Shown here in pieces: positions 17,211 to 26,017 of a stretch of DNA of 41,996 nt. How positions within the stretch are numbered: the stretch's first letter is position 1; every line of letters starts with the position of its first letter. The notes beneath the pieces are model-generated. The model saw nothing but the letters and a program-made list of their open reading frames with translations, ran no database searches and was not told where the DNA came from. The position numbers and the translations under genes were made by a program. The stretch is from an uncultured Dehalococcoidia bacterium (lineage in GTDB: Bacteria; Chloroflexota; Dehalococcoidia; Dehalococcoidales; Fen-1064), in contig CAIWXV010000014.1 of NCBI GenBank assembly GCA_903916765.1, positions 1 to 41,996 on the forward strand. The letters run 5' to 3'.

Positions 17211-19184
17211 ATGGCTGAATCAGATGTGAAAGGCATTACCTCCATGATGGAGGAGAAGAGGGTTTTTAAGCCCTCGAAAGAGCTTAGTAAACAAGCTTAT
17301 ATCAAGACTATGGCCCAGTACAAAAAGATGTATCAGAAATCCATTGAAGACCCCACGGCTTTTTGGGGTGAAATGGCAGAACAACTCGACTGGTACAAAA
17401 AGTGGGATAAAGTTCTGGTAGAGAATTTTGCAGAGGGCAAACATGAGTGGTTTGTCGGCGGTAAACTGAATGTTTCGTATAACTGTATCGACCGCCACCT
17501 CAAGACCGAGCGTAAGAACAAGGCGGCATTTATCTGGGAAGGTGATATCGGGGATACTAAAACGTTAACCTACCAGCAGGTATCTTATGAAGTAAACAAG
17601 TTTGCCAATGTGCTTAAGAAATTGGGCGTTAAGAAAGGCGATCGTGTTTCCATATATCTGCCGATGATTGTCGAGTTACCGATTGCCATGTTAGCCTGCG
17701 CTAGAATCGGTGCGATTCACAGTGTCGTGTTCGGCGCTTTCAGCGGCGATGCCCTGCGCGATAGAATGAACGACTGCGAGTCTTCTGTACTGGTATGCAG
17801 TGATGGTTATTATCGCAGCGGCAAAACCATTAACAGCAAAGATAATGCTGATGAAGCATTGAAATCCTGTCCCTCCATCAAGAAAGTCGTTGTCGTCAAA
17901 CGCGCTGGCAATCCCGTGAAAATGGAAGCCGGGCGTGATCTGTGGTATCAAGATTTAATGGCTGACCCCGACCTACCCAAATATTGTGAACCTGAACAGA
18001 TGGATTCCGAAGACCCACTTTTTATCCTTTATACAAGTGGCAGCACCGGTAAACCGAAAGGCGTATTGCACACGCAGGCCGGCTATTTACTGTACACTGC
18101 CTTAACTTTTAAATATGTCATGGATTATAAGGATAATGATACTTTCTGGTGCACAGCTGATATCGGTTGGATTACCGGACATAGCTACAATTGCTATGGC
18201 ACTCTTGCCAATGGCGCCACTATGGTATTGTTCGAAGGTGTTCCCACCTATCCTAATCCCGATAGATTCTGGGAACTAATTGAGAAATACAAGGTCAGCA
18301 TTTTCTACACTGCCCCGACGGCGCTCCGCTCTTTGATGAGAGATGGTGATGCCTGGCCGAATAAGCACGATATGAGCAGTCTCCGCATTCTCGCTACCGT
18401 GGGTGAACCTATCAACCCCGAAGCATGGATGTGGTACTACAATGTCATCGGCAAGGGCAAATGCCCCATTATTGATACCTATTGGCAGACAGAAACCGGT
18501 GGTTTTATGCTCACCCCATTCCCCGGCGCAACACCCATCAAACCCGGCTCTGCTACCATGCCCTTCTTTGGTATCGATCCGGCTATTATCCGTGAAGACG
18601 GTAGTCCGGTTGACGTTAATGAAGGTGGTTACCTTGTAATCAGAAAACCTTGGCCCGGGTTAATGCGCCGTGTTTACGGCGATGCCGAAAGATTCAAGAA
18701 GACCTACTTCGAGCGGTTCCCCGGTGTTTATACTACCGGTGATGGCGCTCGTCGTGATGGAGATGGCTATTACTGGCTGATGGGTCGTATCGATGATGTT
18801 ATCAAAGTATCCGGACATCGTATCGGTACGGCTGAAGTAGAGAGTGCCTTTGTTGCTCATCCTTCTGTTGCCGAAGCTGCGGTAGTCGGTATGCCTCACC
18901 CGATTAAAGGTGAAGGTATTTATGCCTTTGTTACACTGAAAGCTGGTGTAGCCAAAACCGAAGAACTGAAGAAAGAACTAGTGGCCTGGGTACGCAAACA
19001 GATTGGTCCCCTAGCCTCCCCGGATAAGATTCAGTTCGCGGATGCATTACCCAAGACCCGCAGCGGTAAAATTATGCGTCGTATCCTCACCAAGATTTCT
19101 GCCAATGATATCAACAATCTGGGTGATACCAGTACACTGTCTGACCCGTCGGTGGTGGATACTCTGGTCAAAGAAAGACTATAA
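17211..19184 (+). CDS. acs: Acetyl-CoA synthetase (AMP-forming)
   Basis: YTSGSTGKPKG, ADIGWITGHSY, DTYWQTETG, PKTRSGKIMRR (acetylation-site Lys). ATG 17211 has SD GGAG; GTG 17196 is an alternative start. Confidence 0.96.
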   Translation: MAESDVKGITSMMEEKRVFKPSKELSKQAYIKTMAQYKKMYQKSIEDPTAFWGEMAEQLDWYKKWDKVLVENFAEGKHEWFVGGKLNVSYNCIDRHLKTERKNKAAFIWEGDIGDTKTLTYQQVSYEVNKFANVLKKLGVKKGDRVSIYLPMIVELPIAMLACARIGAIHSVVFGAFSGDALRDRMNDCESSVLVCSDGYYRSGKTINSKDNADEALKSCPSIKKVVVVKRAGNPVKMEAGRDLWYQDLMADPDLPKYCEPEQMDSEDPLFILYTSGSTGKPKGVLHTQAGYLLYTALTFKYVMDYKDNDTFWCTADIGWITGHSYNCYGTLANGATMVLFEGVPTYPNPDRFWELIEKYKVSIFYTAPTALRSLMRDGDAWPNKHDMSSLRILATVGEPINPEAWMWYYNVIGKGKCPIIDTYWQTETGGFMLTPFPGATPIKPGSATMPFFGIDPAIIREDGSPVDVNEGGYLVIRKPWPGLMRRVYGDAERFKKTYFERFPGVYTTGDGARRDGDGYYWLMGRIDDVIKVSGHRIGTAEVESAFVAHPSVAEAAVVGMPHPIKGEGIYAFVTLKAGVAKTEELKKELVAWVRKQIGPLASPDKIQFADALPKTRSGKIMRRILTKISANDINNLGDTSTLSDPSVVDTLVKERL

Positions 19185-19211
19185 GCCTGACTTAATCTGA
19201 TTCAAGTTACT

Positions 19212-19252
19212 AAATCCCCCTTCCCATGAAGAGAAGGGGGATTTTCTATTTT
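19212..19252 (+). terminator. Intrinsic terminator after acs
   Basis: AAATCCCCCTTC...GAAGGGGGATTT followed by a T-rich tail. Confidence 0.8.
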
Positions 19253-19279
19253 CGGGAATATTGAAAGAGGTACAGGTAC

Positions 19280-19308
19280 TTGCTTATTAGATACGTTGCA
19301 GATAAAAT
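19280..19308 (+). promoter_or_regulatory. Putative promoter for the aconitase/IDH genes
   Basis: TTGCTT-17 nt-TAAAAT. Confidence 0.5.
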
Positions 19309-19379
19309 TAAGCTGTAAATCTATTATTCTGATACTACGCTCGAAATTCGGGCGTGACTTGTATGGAGTAGGAATTATC

Positions 19380-20633
19380 GTGGGTAAAACAATTGCTGAA
19401 ATCATACTAAGTGCCAAATCGGGGAACGTTGCCCATGCCAGCGATATTGTCGTGGCTCAGATTGACCTGGCATTTGTCCAGGATACCACCGGTCCGCTGA
19501 CAGTGAGGCAGTTTCGTGCCGGCAGATTCAAAAAGATAGCATCTTCGTTGAAAGCGGCAGTATTCCTCGATCATGTGGCACCGAGTCAAAGTAGGGAGAT
19601 GTCTAACGACCATATTCTCCTGCGTGATTTTGCAAGACAGACCGGCGCACTCATCACTGAAGTTGGCGATGGGGTATGTCACCAGCTTGTGGCGGAATCT
19701 CTGGCAAAGCCCGGTGATTTGATTGTCGGTACGGATTCTCATACGGTCACTGCTGGCGGCCTGGGCGCTTTTGCTTGTGGTATGGGTTCTTCGGATGTGG
19801 CAATCGCACTCGGTTTGGGCAAAACATGGTTTCGCGTCCCGGAGACTTTCCTTGTGGAATTGAAGGGCAAGTTCTCAGAAGGTGTCTATGCAAAAGACCT
19901 CATCCTTTATATTATTGGTAAGATTGGAGCTGGCGGGGCTACTTACAAAGCGTTGGAATTCGGTGGCGATGGCGTCAGCGAGATGAATATGTCACAGCGT
20001 TTGACGGTATCGAATATGGTGGTGGAAGCCGGTGCTAAAGTCGGACTTTTCCCTTCTGACGAAGCAACGCGGCGTTTTCTTACGGAACAGGGGAGAACTG
20101 ACCATTATAAGCCGATTGTGGCTGATAGCGATGCTATATATCAAAAGATTATTGAAATAAATATGGGTGATCTCGAACCGATGGTTGCCAAACCGCATAC
20201 GGTAGACAATGTTGTTTCTGTTAAGGAAATAGCAGGCACCAAGGTTCAACAGGTATCCATCGGTACCTGTACCAACGGCCGTCTAGAAGATATAGAATTG
20301 GTTGCCCGAATTCTGAAAGGGAAACAGCGATATCCTGATACGAGACTAATTATTGCCCCTGCCTCACGAGATATATTGGTAGCGGCAACTAAAGCAGGCT
20401 ATATTGGGACACTTCTCGAGGCGGGAGCGGCTATTCTACCGCCGGGATGTGGTTCCTGTCTTGGTTTGCATCAAGGTGTTCTGGGCGATGGTGAAAGTTG
20501 CTTCTCCACGGCTAACCGTAACTTCAAGGGCCGGATGGGAAGTGCTGAGGCTTTCGTTTATCTGGGGAGTCCAGCAACCGCAGCGGCAACGGCAATTAGG
20601 GGTGAGATTACAGACCCGAGGGAGTTTTTATAG
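19380..20633 (+). CDS. LeuC/HacA-family hydro-lyase large subunit, probably a (homo)aconitase
   Basis: MGKTIAE start (GTG 19380), DSHT, GTCTNGR, PGCGSCLG, STANRNFKGRMG; context with isocitrate dehydrogenase and citrate synthase. Confidence 0.85.
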   Translation: MGKTIAEIILSAKSGNVAHASDIVVAQIDLAFVQDTTGPLTVRQFRAGRFKKIASSLKAAVFLDHVAPSQSREMSNDHILLRDFARQTGALITEVGDGVCHQLVAESLAKPGDLIVGTDSHTVTAGGLGAFACGMGSSDVAIALGLGKTWFRVPETFLVELKGKFSEGVYAKDLILYIIGKIGAGGATYKALEFGGDGVSEMNMSQRLTVSNMVVEAGAKVGLFPSDEATRRFLTEQGRTDHYKPIVADSDAIYQKIIEINMGDLEPMVAKPHTVDNVVSVKEIAGTKVQQVSIGTCTNGRLEDIELVARILKGKQRYPDTRLIIAPASRDILVAATKAGYIGTLLEAGAAILPPGCGSCLGLHQGVLGDGESCFSTANRNFKGRMGSAEAFVYLGSPATAAATAIRGEITDPREFL

Positions 20634-21128
20634 ATGCTGACAGGCAAAGCTTTTAAATTTGGTAATGATATTTCGACCGACCACATCATTCCGGGTAAAT
20701 ATGCTTATTTAAGAAGTAATCTTCCGGAACTTGCCAAGCATGTGATGGAGGATGCCGACCCTACCTTTGCATCACGTGTCAAACAGGGTGATTTCATCGT
20801 CGGCGGTAACAATTTCGGTTTGGGTTCAAGCCGGGAACACGCTCCACTGGTCATCAAAATGGCTGGGGTGAAAGCTATTCTGGCGAAATCCGTGGCGCGT
20901 ATTTTCTTCAGGAATGCGATTAATCTGGGGTTACCCGTTCTAGTGTGCGATACGGATAATATCCGCGATGGCGATGAATTGGAAATCGACCTTCAATCGG
21001 GTGTTATCTCGAATAAGAGTAATGGCAAGAGGCTTACCTTCGGGAAGATTCCCATAGTGATGCTCAATATTCTGGATGAAGGCGGAATCTTGCCTTATAT
21101 AGAAAAACACGGCGATTTCAAGCTGTAA
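20634..21128 (+). CDS. LeuD/HacB-family hydro-lyase small subunit, probably a (homo)aconitase
   Basis: ISTDHIIPG, substrate loop YLRS, NFGLGSSREHA, ARIFFRNAINLGL. Confidence 0.85.
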   Translation: MLTGKAFKFGNDISTDHIIPGKYAYLRSNLPELAKHVMEDADPTFASRVKQGDFIVGGNNFGLGSSREHAPLVIKMAGVKAILAKSVARIFFRNAINLGLPVLVCDTDNIRDGDELEIDLQSGVISNKSNGKRLTFGKIPIVMLNILDEGGILPYIEKHGDFKL

Positions 21129-21145
21129 AGTTTTTTGGGGGTTAT

Positions 21146-22228
21146 ATGGCTTATAATATTACCCTGATTCCCGGCGATGGTGTTGGACCTGAGGTTACAG
21201 AAGCAACGCGTCGGGTTCTGGAAGCTACGGGTGTCAAATTTAAATGGGATATTGCCGAAGTGGGGACTTCTGCAATGGAGAAGTATGGCACACCTCTACC
21301 TGCTTCAGTTGTTGAATCCATCAAGCAGAACAAGGTTGCTCTCAAGGGACCTGTAACTACACCTGTAGGTTCGGGATTCCGTAGTGTCAATGTAGCGCTC
21401 CGTAAAGAGCTGGAACTCTATGTCTGTCTACGCCCCTGTAAGACTTATACCGGTGTTCCGTCCCATTATCAGAATGTTGACCTTATTATAGTCAGAGAGA
21501 ATCTGGAAGACCTCTATGTCGGCATCGAATTCGAACGTGGTACGCCTGAAGCGGCAGGACTGATTAAATATGTCGCCGATGTTAGACGCGGCATCATCCG
21601 TCCCGATTCCGGTATCAGTATTAAACCGATTTCCGAGTTTCGCAGTAAGCGTATCGTCAAGTTTGCTTTTGAATATGCCCGGACTTATAACCGGAAGAAA
21701 GTCACAGCTGTCCATAAGGCGAATATTATGAAGTTTTCCGATGGGTTATTCCTTGCCTGTGCCCGTGAGGTTGCCAGAGGATATTCCGATATCGAGTTTG
21801 AAGATAGAATCGTGGACAATATAAGTATGCAATTGGTGCAAAAACCGCATCAGTTCGATGTTATTGTCGCTCCGAATTTATATGGAGATATATTATCCGA
21901 CCTCTGTGCAGGTTTGATAGGTGGTTTGGGTGTGGCTCCGGGTGCTAATCTCAGTGATGAGATGGCTGTCTTCGAGCCGACTCACGGTAGCGCGCCGAAA
22001 TATGCAGGAATGAATAAGGTCAATCCGATGGCGATGATGCTTTCCGGTGTCTTGATGCTCCGTTACCTTGGTGAAAAGGAGAACGCAGACCATCTGGAAA
22101 GAGCGATTGCCGGAGTAGTCGCCGAGGGCAAAAATGTAACTTACGACCTCAAATCAAATGCCTCCGATAAAGCGGTCGGTACCTCTCAGGTCACCGATGC
22201 TGTGATACGTAAACTCGAAAGAGTTTAA
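21146..22228 (+). CDS. icd: Isocitrate/homoisocitrate dehydrogenase family, probably isocitrate dehydrogenase
   Basis: GDGVGPE, KGPVTTPVGSGFRSVNVALR (Ser/Asn typical of isocitrate-type enzymes, not LeuB), HKANIMK, NLYGDILSD, HGSAP. Confidence 0.8.
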   Translation: MAYNITLIPGDGVGPEVTEATRRVLEATGVKFKWDIAEVGTSAMEKYGTPLPASVVESIKQNKVALKGPVTTPVGSGFRSVNVALRKELELYVCLRPCKTYTGVPSHYQNVDLIIVRENLEDLYVGIEFERGTPEAAGLIKYVADVRRGIIRPDSGISIKPISEFRSKRIVKFAFEYARTYNRKKVTAVHKANIMKFSDGLFLACAREVARGYSDIEFEDRIVDNISMQLVQKPHQFDVIVAPNLYGDILSDLCAGLIGGLGVAPGANLSDEMAVFEPTHGSAPKYAGMNKVNPMAMMLSGVLMLRYLGEKENADHLERAIAGVVAEGKNVTYDLKSNASDKAVGTSQVTDAVIRKLERV

Positions 22229-22231
22229 TAT

Positions 22232-22263
22232 TTAACACTGTTGTAACATCAGTCTGTTATATT
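22232..22263 (+). promoter_or_regulatory. 11-bp-spaced direct repeat over the -35 region plus an extended -10
   Basis: TTAACA-N5-GTAACA (22232, 22243) followed by TGTTATATT. Confidence 0.45.
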
Positions 22264-22297
22264 ATAGATAGAGGTATTTTTAGTCCGATCGGAGGGA

Positions 22298-23551
22298 ATG
22301 ATGGGTAAAATCTATATCATCGATGTAACCAACCGGGACGGCGTTCAGACTGCCAAACTCGGCTTATCCAAACTGGAAAAGACGATGATTAATCTCTATC
22401 TGAATGAAATGGGAGTGTTTCAATCGGAATTTGGTTTCCCTACTACCCATCATGAGACGCACTATCTTCGTGCCAATCTCAAATTAGCACATAAAGGTGT
22501 TTTGAAACCTATCCATTTGTCAGGCTGGATTAGAGCCCTTACTGAAGATGTGGAACTTACCTTCAAACTTGTGCCTGAAATCAAGCATCTTAATCTTTCA
22601 ACTTCAACCTCGAACCAGATGATTGAAGGGAAATATCAGGGCAGAAAGACCAAGAAAGACGTTTTGAAGATGATGGCGGATTCAGTCGATGCCGCTCGTT
22701 CTCTTGGTGCCGAAAGTATCGGAGTAAATGCCGAAGATGCTTCGCGTACCGACCTGCATTTTCTGACCGAGTTTGGACTGGTAGCGAAAGAACATGGTGC
22801 CGACCGCTTGCGATATTGTGATACGCTCGGCTATGACAACCCCTTTACTATTTATGAGACGATAAAAGCATTAGCTGAGAATGTTGACTTACCTATCGAA
22901 CTCCATTGTCATGGCGATTTGGGAATGGCGGTTGCCAACTCTATTGCCGGTGCTCGGGGGGCGATTGACGGGGGGCAGGATGCCTATATCAATACTACTG
23001 TAAATGGAATCGGCGAAAGAGCCGGTAATGCCGACCTTGTGGCAGTTCTTTTGGCAATCACAAAATCGAAAGATTTCGCTCATAAATATCAACTTGGCAA
23101 TGGGATCAACTTATTGAAGTCGTGGAAGGTTGCGAACTTCGCCAGTTATGCGTTTCGTGTCCCCATTCCTATTAATCAGCCCGGCGTTGGTTCTAATGCC
23201 TTCGCTCACGCTTCGGGTATTCATGCCGATGGTGTTTTGAAAGATCCAGCCAACTATGAATTGTACGGTTATGGTGAGCTTGGTAGAGGACAACCGGAGA
23301 CTGTCGAAACAGGGCGTGAGATATGTAGCGGACAATATGGCGGGATTTCCGGGTTCAGACACATTATGGATAAATTTTCCGGCGATGTGGCTCTGAGTTT
23401 CAAAACTCCTGAAGAAGCTAATAGAGTTCTCGAATTGGTAAGATATGCTAATGTGGCGGCACAAAAACCGCTGGTAGAGGATGAACTCCTCTTCATCGCC
23501 AAATATCCTGAAATTGCCAAGGAATTGCTGACGATGACACCGCTTACCTGA
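22298..23551 (+). CDS. DRE-TIM metallolyase of the homocitrate synthase family, probably Re-citrate synthase
   Basis: DVTNRDGVQ, CDTLG, HCHGDLGMAVAN, GIGERAGNA, HASGIHADG; clustered with aconitase-like and IDH genes. Confidence 0.78.
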   Translation: MMGKIYIIDVTNRDGVQTAKLGLSKLEKTMINLYLNEMGVFQSEFGFPTTHHETHYLRANLKLAHKGVLKPIHLSGWIRALTEDVELTFKLVPEIKHLNLSTSTSNQMIEGKYQGRKTKKDVLKMMADSVDAARSLGAESIGVNAEDASRTDLHFLTEFGLVAKEHGADRLRYCDTLGYDNPFTIYETIKALAENVDLPIELHCHGDLGMAVANSIAGARGAIDGGQDAYINTTVNGIGERAGNADLVAVLLAITKSKDFAHKYQLGNGINLLKSWKVANFASYAFRVPIPINQPGVGSNAFAHASGIHADGVLKDPANYELYGYGELGRGQPETVETGREICSGQYGGISGFRHIMDKFSGDVALSFKTPEEANRVLELVRYANVAAQKPLVEDELLFIAKYPEIAKELLTMTPLT

Positions 23552-23572
23552 TAGTCTGAAGAAGTCATTTTT

Positions 23573-23608
23573 AAGGGGGAGGAGGGTTTATATTCCCCTC
23601 CCTTTTTA
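23573..23608 (+). terminator. Putative intrinsic terminator
   Basis: GGAGGAGGG...CCCCTCC imperfect stem followed by TTTTT. Confidence 0.55.
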
Positions 23609-23620
23609 TCTTCCCTCGAT

Positions 23621-23649
23621 TTGACGATTTGTGTCGGGCGAAGTAGAAT
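23621..23649 (+). promoter_or_regulatory. Promoter for the two-component pair
   Basis: TTGACG-17 nt-TAGAAT; it overlaps the GTG at 23631, which favours ATG 23664 as the start. Confidence 0.65.
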
Positions 23650-23663
23650 TTAGGCGTAACTTT

Positions 23664-24884
23664 ATGAAAGAAGAATCTAAAACTAAAGAACAACTGATAA
23701 AAGAACTCGGTGAACTCCGTCAGCGTGTTACCGCACTGGAAGCTTCGAAAAGCCAGATGAGGCGTGATGAGGAAATTGTCCGAATTTTCAGAACCAGCAC
23801 ACCTATCGGACTTTTTATTGTGCAGGACGGTAAATTCAAGTTTGTTAATGAATATTTCCGTAGTGTTACTGCCGGTAGCCCGAATGAACTCATTAATACC
23901 GACTCTATGAATTTGGTTCATCCGGACGATAGGGAAACAGTGCGGGAGAATGCTATCAAGATGCTTAAGGGTGAGGGTTACTCACCGTATAAATATCGTA
24001 TTCTCAGCAAAGACGGCAAGATAAGATGGCTTCTGGAAGGCGTGGTTTCTATCCGTTATCAGGGCAAACGTGCCGTTCTGGGGCATTCGATGGATGTCAC
24101 GGAACGTGAGTTGGCACAGGCGAAACTGGAAGAAGCCTATGAGAAAGAGCATAGACTGCGCCACGAATTGGAAGCCGAAGTCCAGAGAAGGGTCGAATTT
24201 ACCCGTGCCTTGGTACACGAGTTGAAAACCCCGTTGACACCCATTATGTCTTCCAGTGACCTGCTTGTTAGCGGTATCAGGGAAGAGCCTTGGTTGAGTG
24301 TTGCTCAAAATATCCAGCGCGGTGCTATTAATCTGAACAGGAGAATCGGCGAGCTCCTTGACCTTGCCAGAGGCGAAATCGGTATGTTGCGCCTCAATCC
24401 GAAGCATGTTGATGTGTCTCAGTTACTGAGTCAGGTCGGCAATGAAATGTCGGTGGTGGCTTCCAGTAACGGGCTATCTTTGAAGGTTGAGTTATCTCCG
24501 TCTTTGCCGATGGTTTGGGCGGATGAAGACCGTCTGAGGCAGATAGTACAGAATCTATTGATTAATGCTACAAAATTTACTCCTGAGGGAGGTACGATTT
24601 TTCTAAGAGCCCGAACAGAAAATAATGCTTTCGTTGTAGAAGTTAAGGATACTGGGCGCGGAATACCGACAGAAGAACAGAGAAGATTATTCCAGCCTTA
24701 TTACCGGCAGTTGAGTGATCGTGAGCATCTTAGCGGATTAGGGTTGGGATTAGCATTGTGTAAGAATCTGGTGCAATTGCACGGCGGTAAGATATGGGTA
24801 CAAAGCCAGGAGGGTAAAGGGGCTACCTTTGCCTTTTCCATCCCGATATCCCCACTCGGTCATCAGGCGGGCATCACTACTTAG
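23664..24884 (+). CDS. Cytoplasmic PAS-domain sensor histidine kinase
   Basis: N-terminal coiled coil, PAS/PAC (VHPDDRE..DGKIRWL), H-box HELKTPLT, N-box NLLINATKF, DTGRGI, GLGLGL; no transmembrane segment. Confidence 0.93.
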   Translation: MKEESKTKEQLIKELGELRQRVTALEASKSQMRRDEEIVRIFRTSTPIGLFIVQDGKFKFVNEYFRSVTAGSPNELINTDSMNLVHPDDRETVRENAIKMLKGEGYSPYKYRILSKDGKIRWLLEGVVSIRYQGKRAVLGHSMDVTERELAQAKLEEAYEKEHRLRHELEAEVQRRVEFTRALVHELKTPLTPIMSSSDLLVSGIREEPWLSVAQNIQRGAINLNRRIGELLDLARGEIGMLRLNPKHVDVSQLLSQVGNEMSVVASSNGLSLKVELSPSLPMVWADEDRLRQIVQNLLINATKFTPEGGTIFLRARTENNAFVVEVKDTGRGIPTEEQRRLFQPYYRQLSDREHLSGLGLGLALCKNLVQLHGGKIWVQSQEGKGATFAFSIPISPLGHQAGITT

Positions 24885-24894
24885 GAGATAGATT

Positions 24895-25575
24895 ATGAAA
24901 GTTCTGGTTATCGAAGACGATAAAGAAATTGTGGATGCGATATCGCTGGCTTTCCAGATTCGTTGGCCCGAAGCAAAGGTAATTTCCACACGACTCGGAC
25001 AGAAAGGTGTGGAGTTTGTGGAAACTGAGCAACCGGATATTGTCATTCTCGATTTGGGGTTACCTGATATCACCGGCTTCGAAGTGTTACGTCAGATAAG
25101 GCGTTTTTCTGCTGTTCCTACGATTATTCTTACTGTCAGAACCGAAGAAGCTGATGTTGTTAAAGGATTGGAGTGGGGAGCGGATGATTATATCACTAAG
25201 CCTTTCCGTCAGCTGGAACTGCTCGCTCGTGTTCGTTCCATGATTCGTCGACACACTCCGTTGGAAGAGAGTAATCTCACTTTCGGTCACTTGCAACTCA
25301 ATACGGATACCGGACAATTGTATATGAATGATAAAGAGATTGCATTGACCGTTACAGAGAATCATATTCTCGGTTATCTGATGAAAAATGCCGGACGTGT
25401 CGTTACCCATTCCAATTTGGCTGAAGCAGTTTGGGGCGATGATTACCCCGGTGCTACGGATAGTTTGAAAGTTCATATCCGCCGTCTGCGTGAGAAGATA
25501 GAGCAGGACCCGGGGAAACCCCGTATTATTCTTACCAAGACGGGAGTCGGTTATTTTCTAGCTAAACCCGAATAG
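24895..25575 (+). CDS. OmpR/PhoB-family response regulator
   Basis: IEDD, LDLGLP, GADDYITKPF, winged helix LKVHIRRLREKIE..TKTGVGY. Confidence 0.95.
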   Translation: MKVLVIEDDKEIVDAISLAFQIRWPEAKVISTRLGQKGVEFVETEQPDIVILDLGLPDITGFEVLRQIRRFSAVPTIILTVRTEEADVVKGLEWGADDYITKPFRQLELLARVRSMIRRHTPLEESNLTFGHLQLNTDTGQLYMNDKEIALTVTENHILGYLMKNAGRVVTHSNLAEAVWGDDYPGATDSLKVHIRRLREKIEQDPGKPRIILTKTGVGYFLAKPE

Positions 25576-25602
25576 TCCTTTATTCCCGTTAGCTTTGCTT
25601 TG

Positions 25603-25623
25603 ACCTCAATCCCTTGAGGTTTT
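25603..25623 (+). terminator. Putative terminator after the response regulator
   Basis: ACCTCAA-TCCC-TTGAGGT followed by TTT. Confidence 0.5.
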
Positions 25624-25630
25624 CGCTATT

Positions 25631-25669
25631 GTAACCTATTTATTACCCCTGCTTAACTCTTTCGTTACT
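25631..25669 (+). promoter_or_regulatory. Four hexamer boxes at an exact 11-bp period, OmpR/PhoB-type operator candidate
   Basis: GTAACC 25631, ATTACC 25642, TTAACT 25653, GTTACT 25664. Confidence 0.6.
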
Positions 25670-25811
25670 TATGCCCCTAGGTCTTAATGTCATTGTTACT
25701 TGACAGTTGTAAGCTTGTAATTGTAAGCGAAAAGGTACTTCCTTAGACGACCGTAATAAGCGGTTCACTACGAAAGAATTTAACCACAGAGATGGGAAGG
25801 AGGGGGGTAGA

Positions 25812-25937
25812 ATGAACAATTTTACAAAATCGGTAAAGATACTGAACACGGCTCTTAATTTGATTTTGGGTTGCAAGTTTACTACACCTGTTGAAAAGAC
25901 ACTGGAAGATTATCCGGTTACCAAATATATTATCTAA
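25812..25937 (+). CDS. Unannotated small protein, 41 aa, MNNFTKSVKILNTALNLILGCKFTTPVEKTLEDYPVTKYII
   Basis: Very strong SD AAGGAGG upstream, ATG to TAA, hairpin immediately downstream. Confidence 0.7.
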   Translation: MNNFTKSVKILNTALNLILGCKFTTPVEKTLEDYPVTKYII

Positions 25938-25956
25938 TATACTTTAACCTTTTCAT

Positions 25957-25983
25957 CCGTGGGGTTAGCAATAACCCCACGGG
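25957..25983. terminator. Hairpin between the convergent small ORF and tyrA
   Basis: CCGTGGGGTTA-GCAA-TAACCCCACGG, an 11-bp stem with a GNRA loop. Confidence 0.75.
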
Positions 25984-26017
25984 TATTCTCCTCGGATTCG
26001 TCATCGAATAGCACTCA

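Noticed and set aside
19380-22228. leuC-leuD-leuB leucine biosynthesis operon
   Set aside because: The dehydrogenase has an isocitrate-type motif, the small subunit has YLRS, and the context (acs, citrate-synthase-like gene, no BCAA attenuator) favours tricarboxylate substrates.
22298-23551. nifV or leuA
   Set aside because: No nif genes nearby and no LeuA C-terminal regulatory domain.
25700-25728. TTGACA followed by TTGTAA repeats as the small-ORF promoter
   Set aside because: No acceptable -10 hexamer at 16-18 nt spacing, and the repeats are irregularly spaced; left unassigned.
25643-25876. 77-aa minus-strand ORF downstream of tyrA
   Set aside because: It has a TTG start without an SD and lies beyond the hairpin; the plus-strand 41-aa ORF has much better signals.
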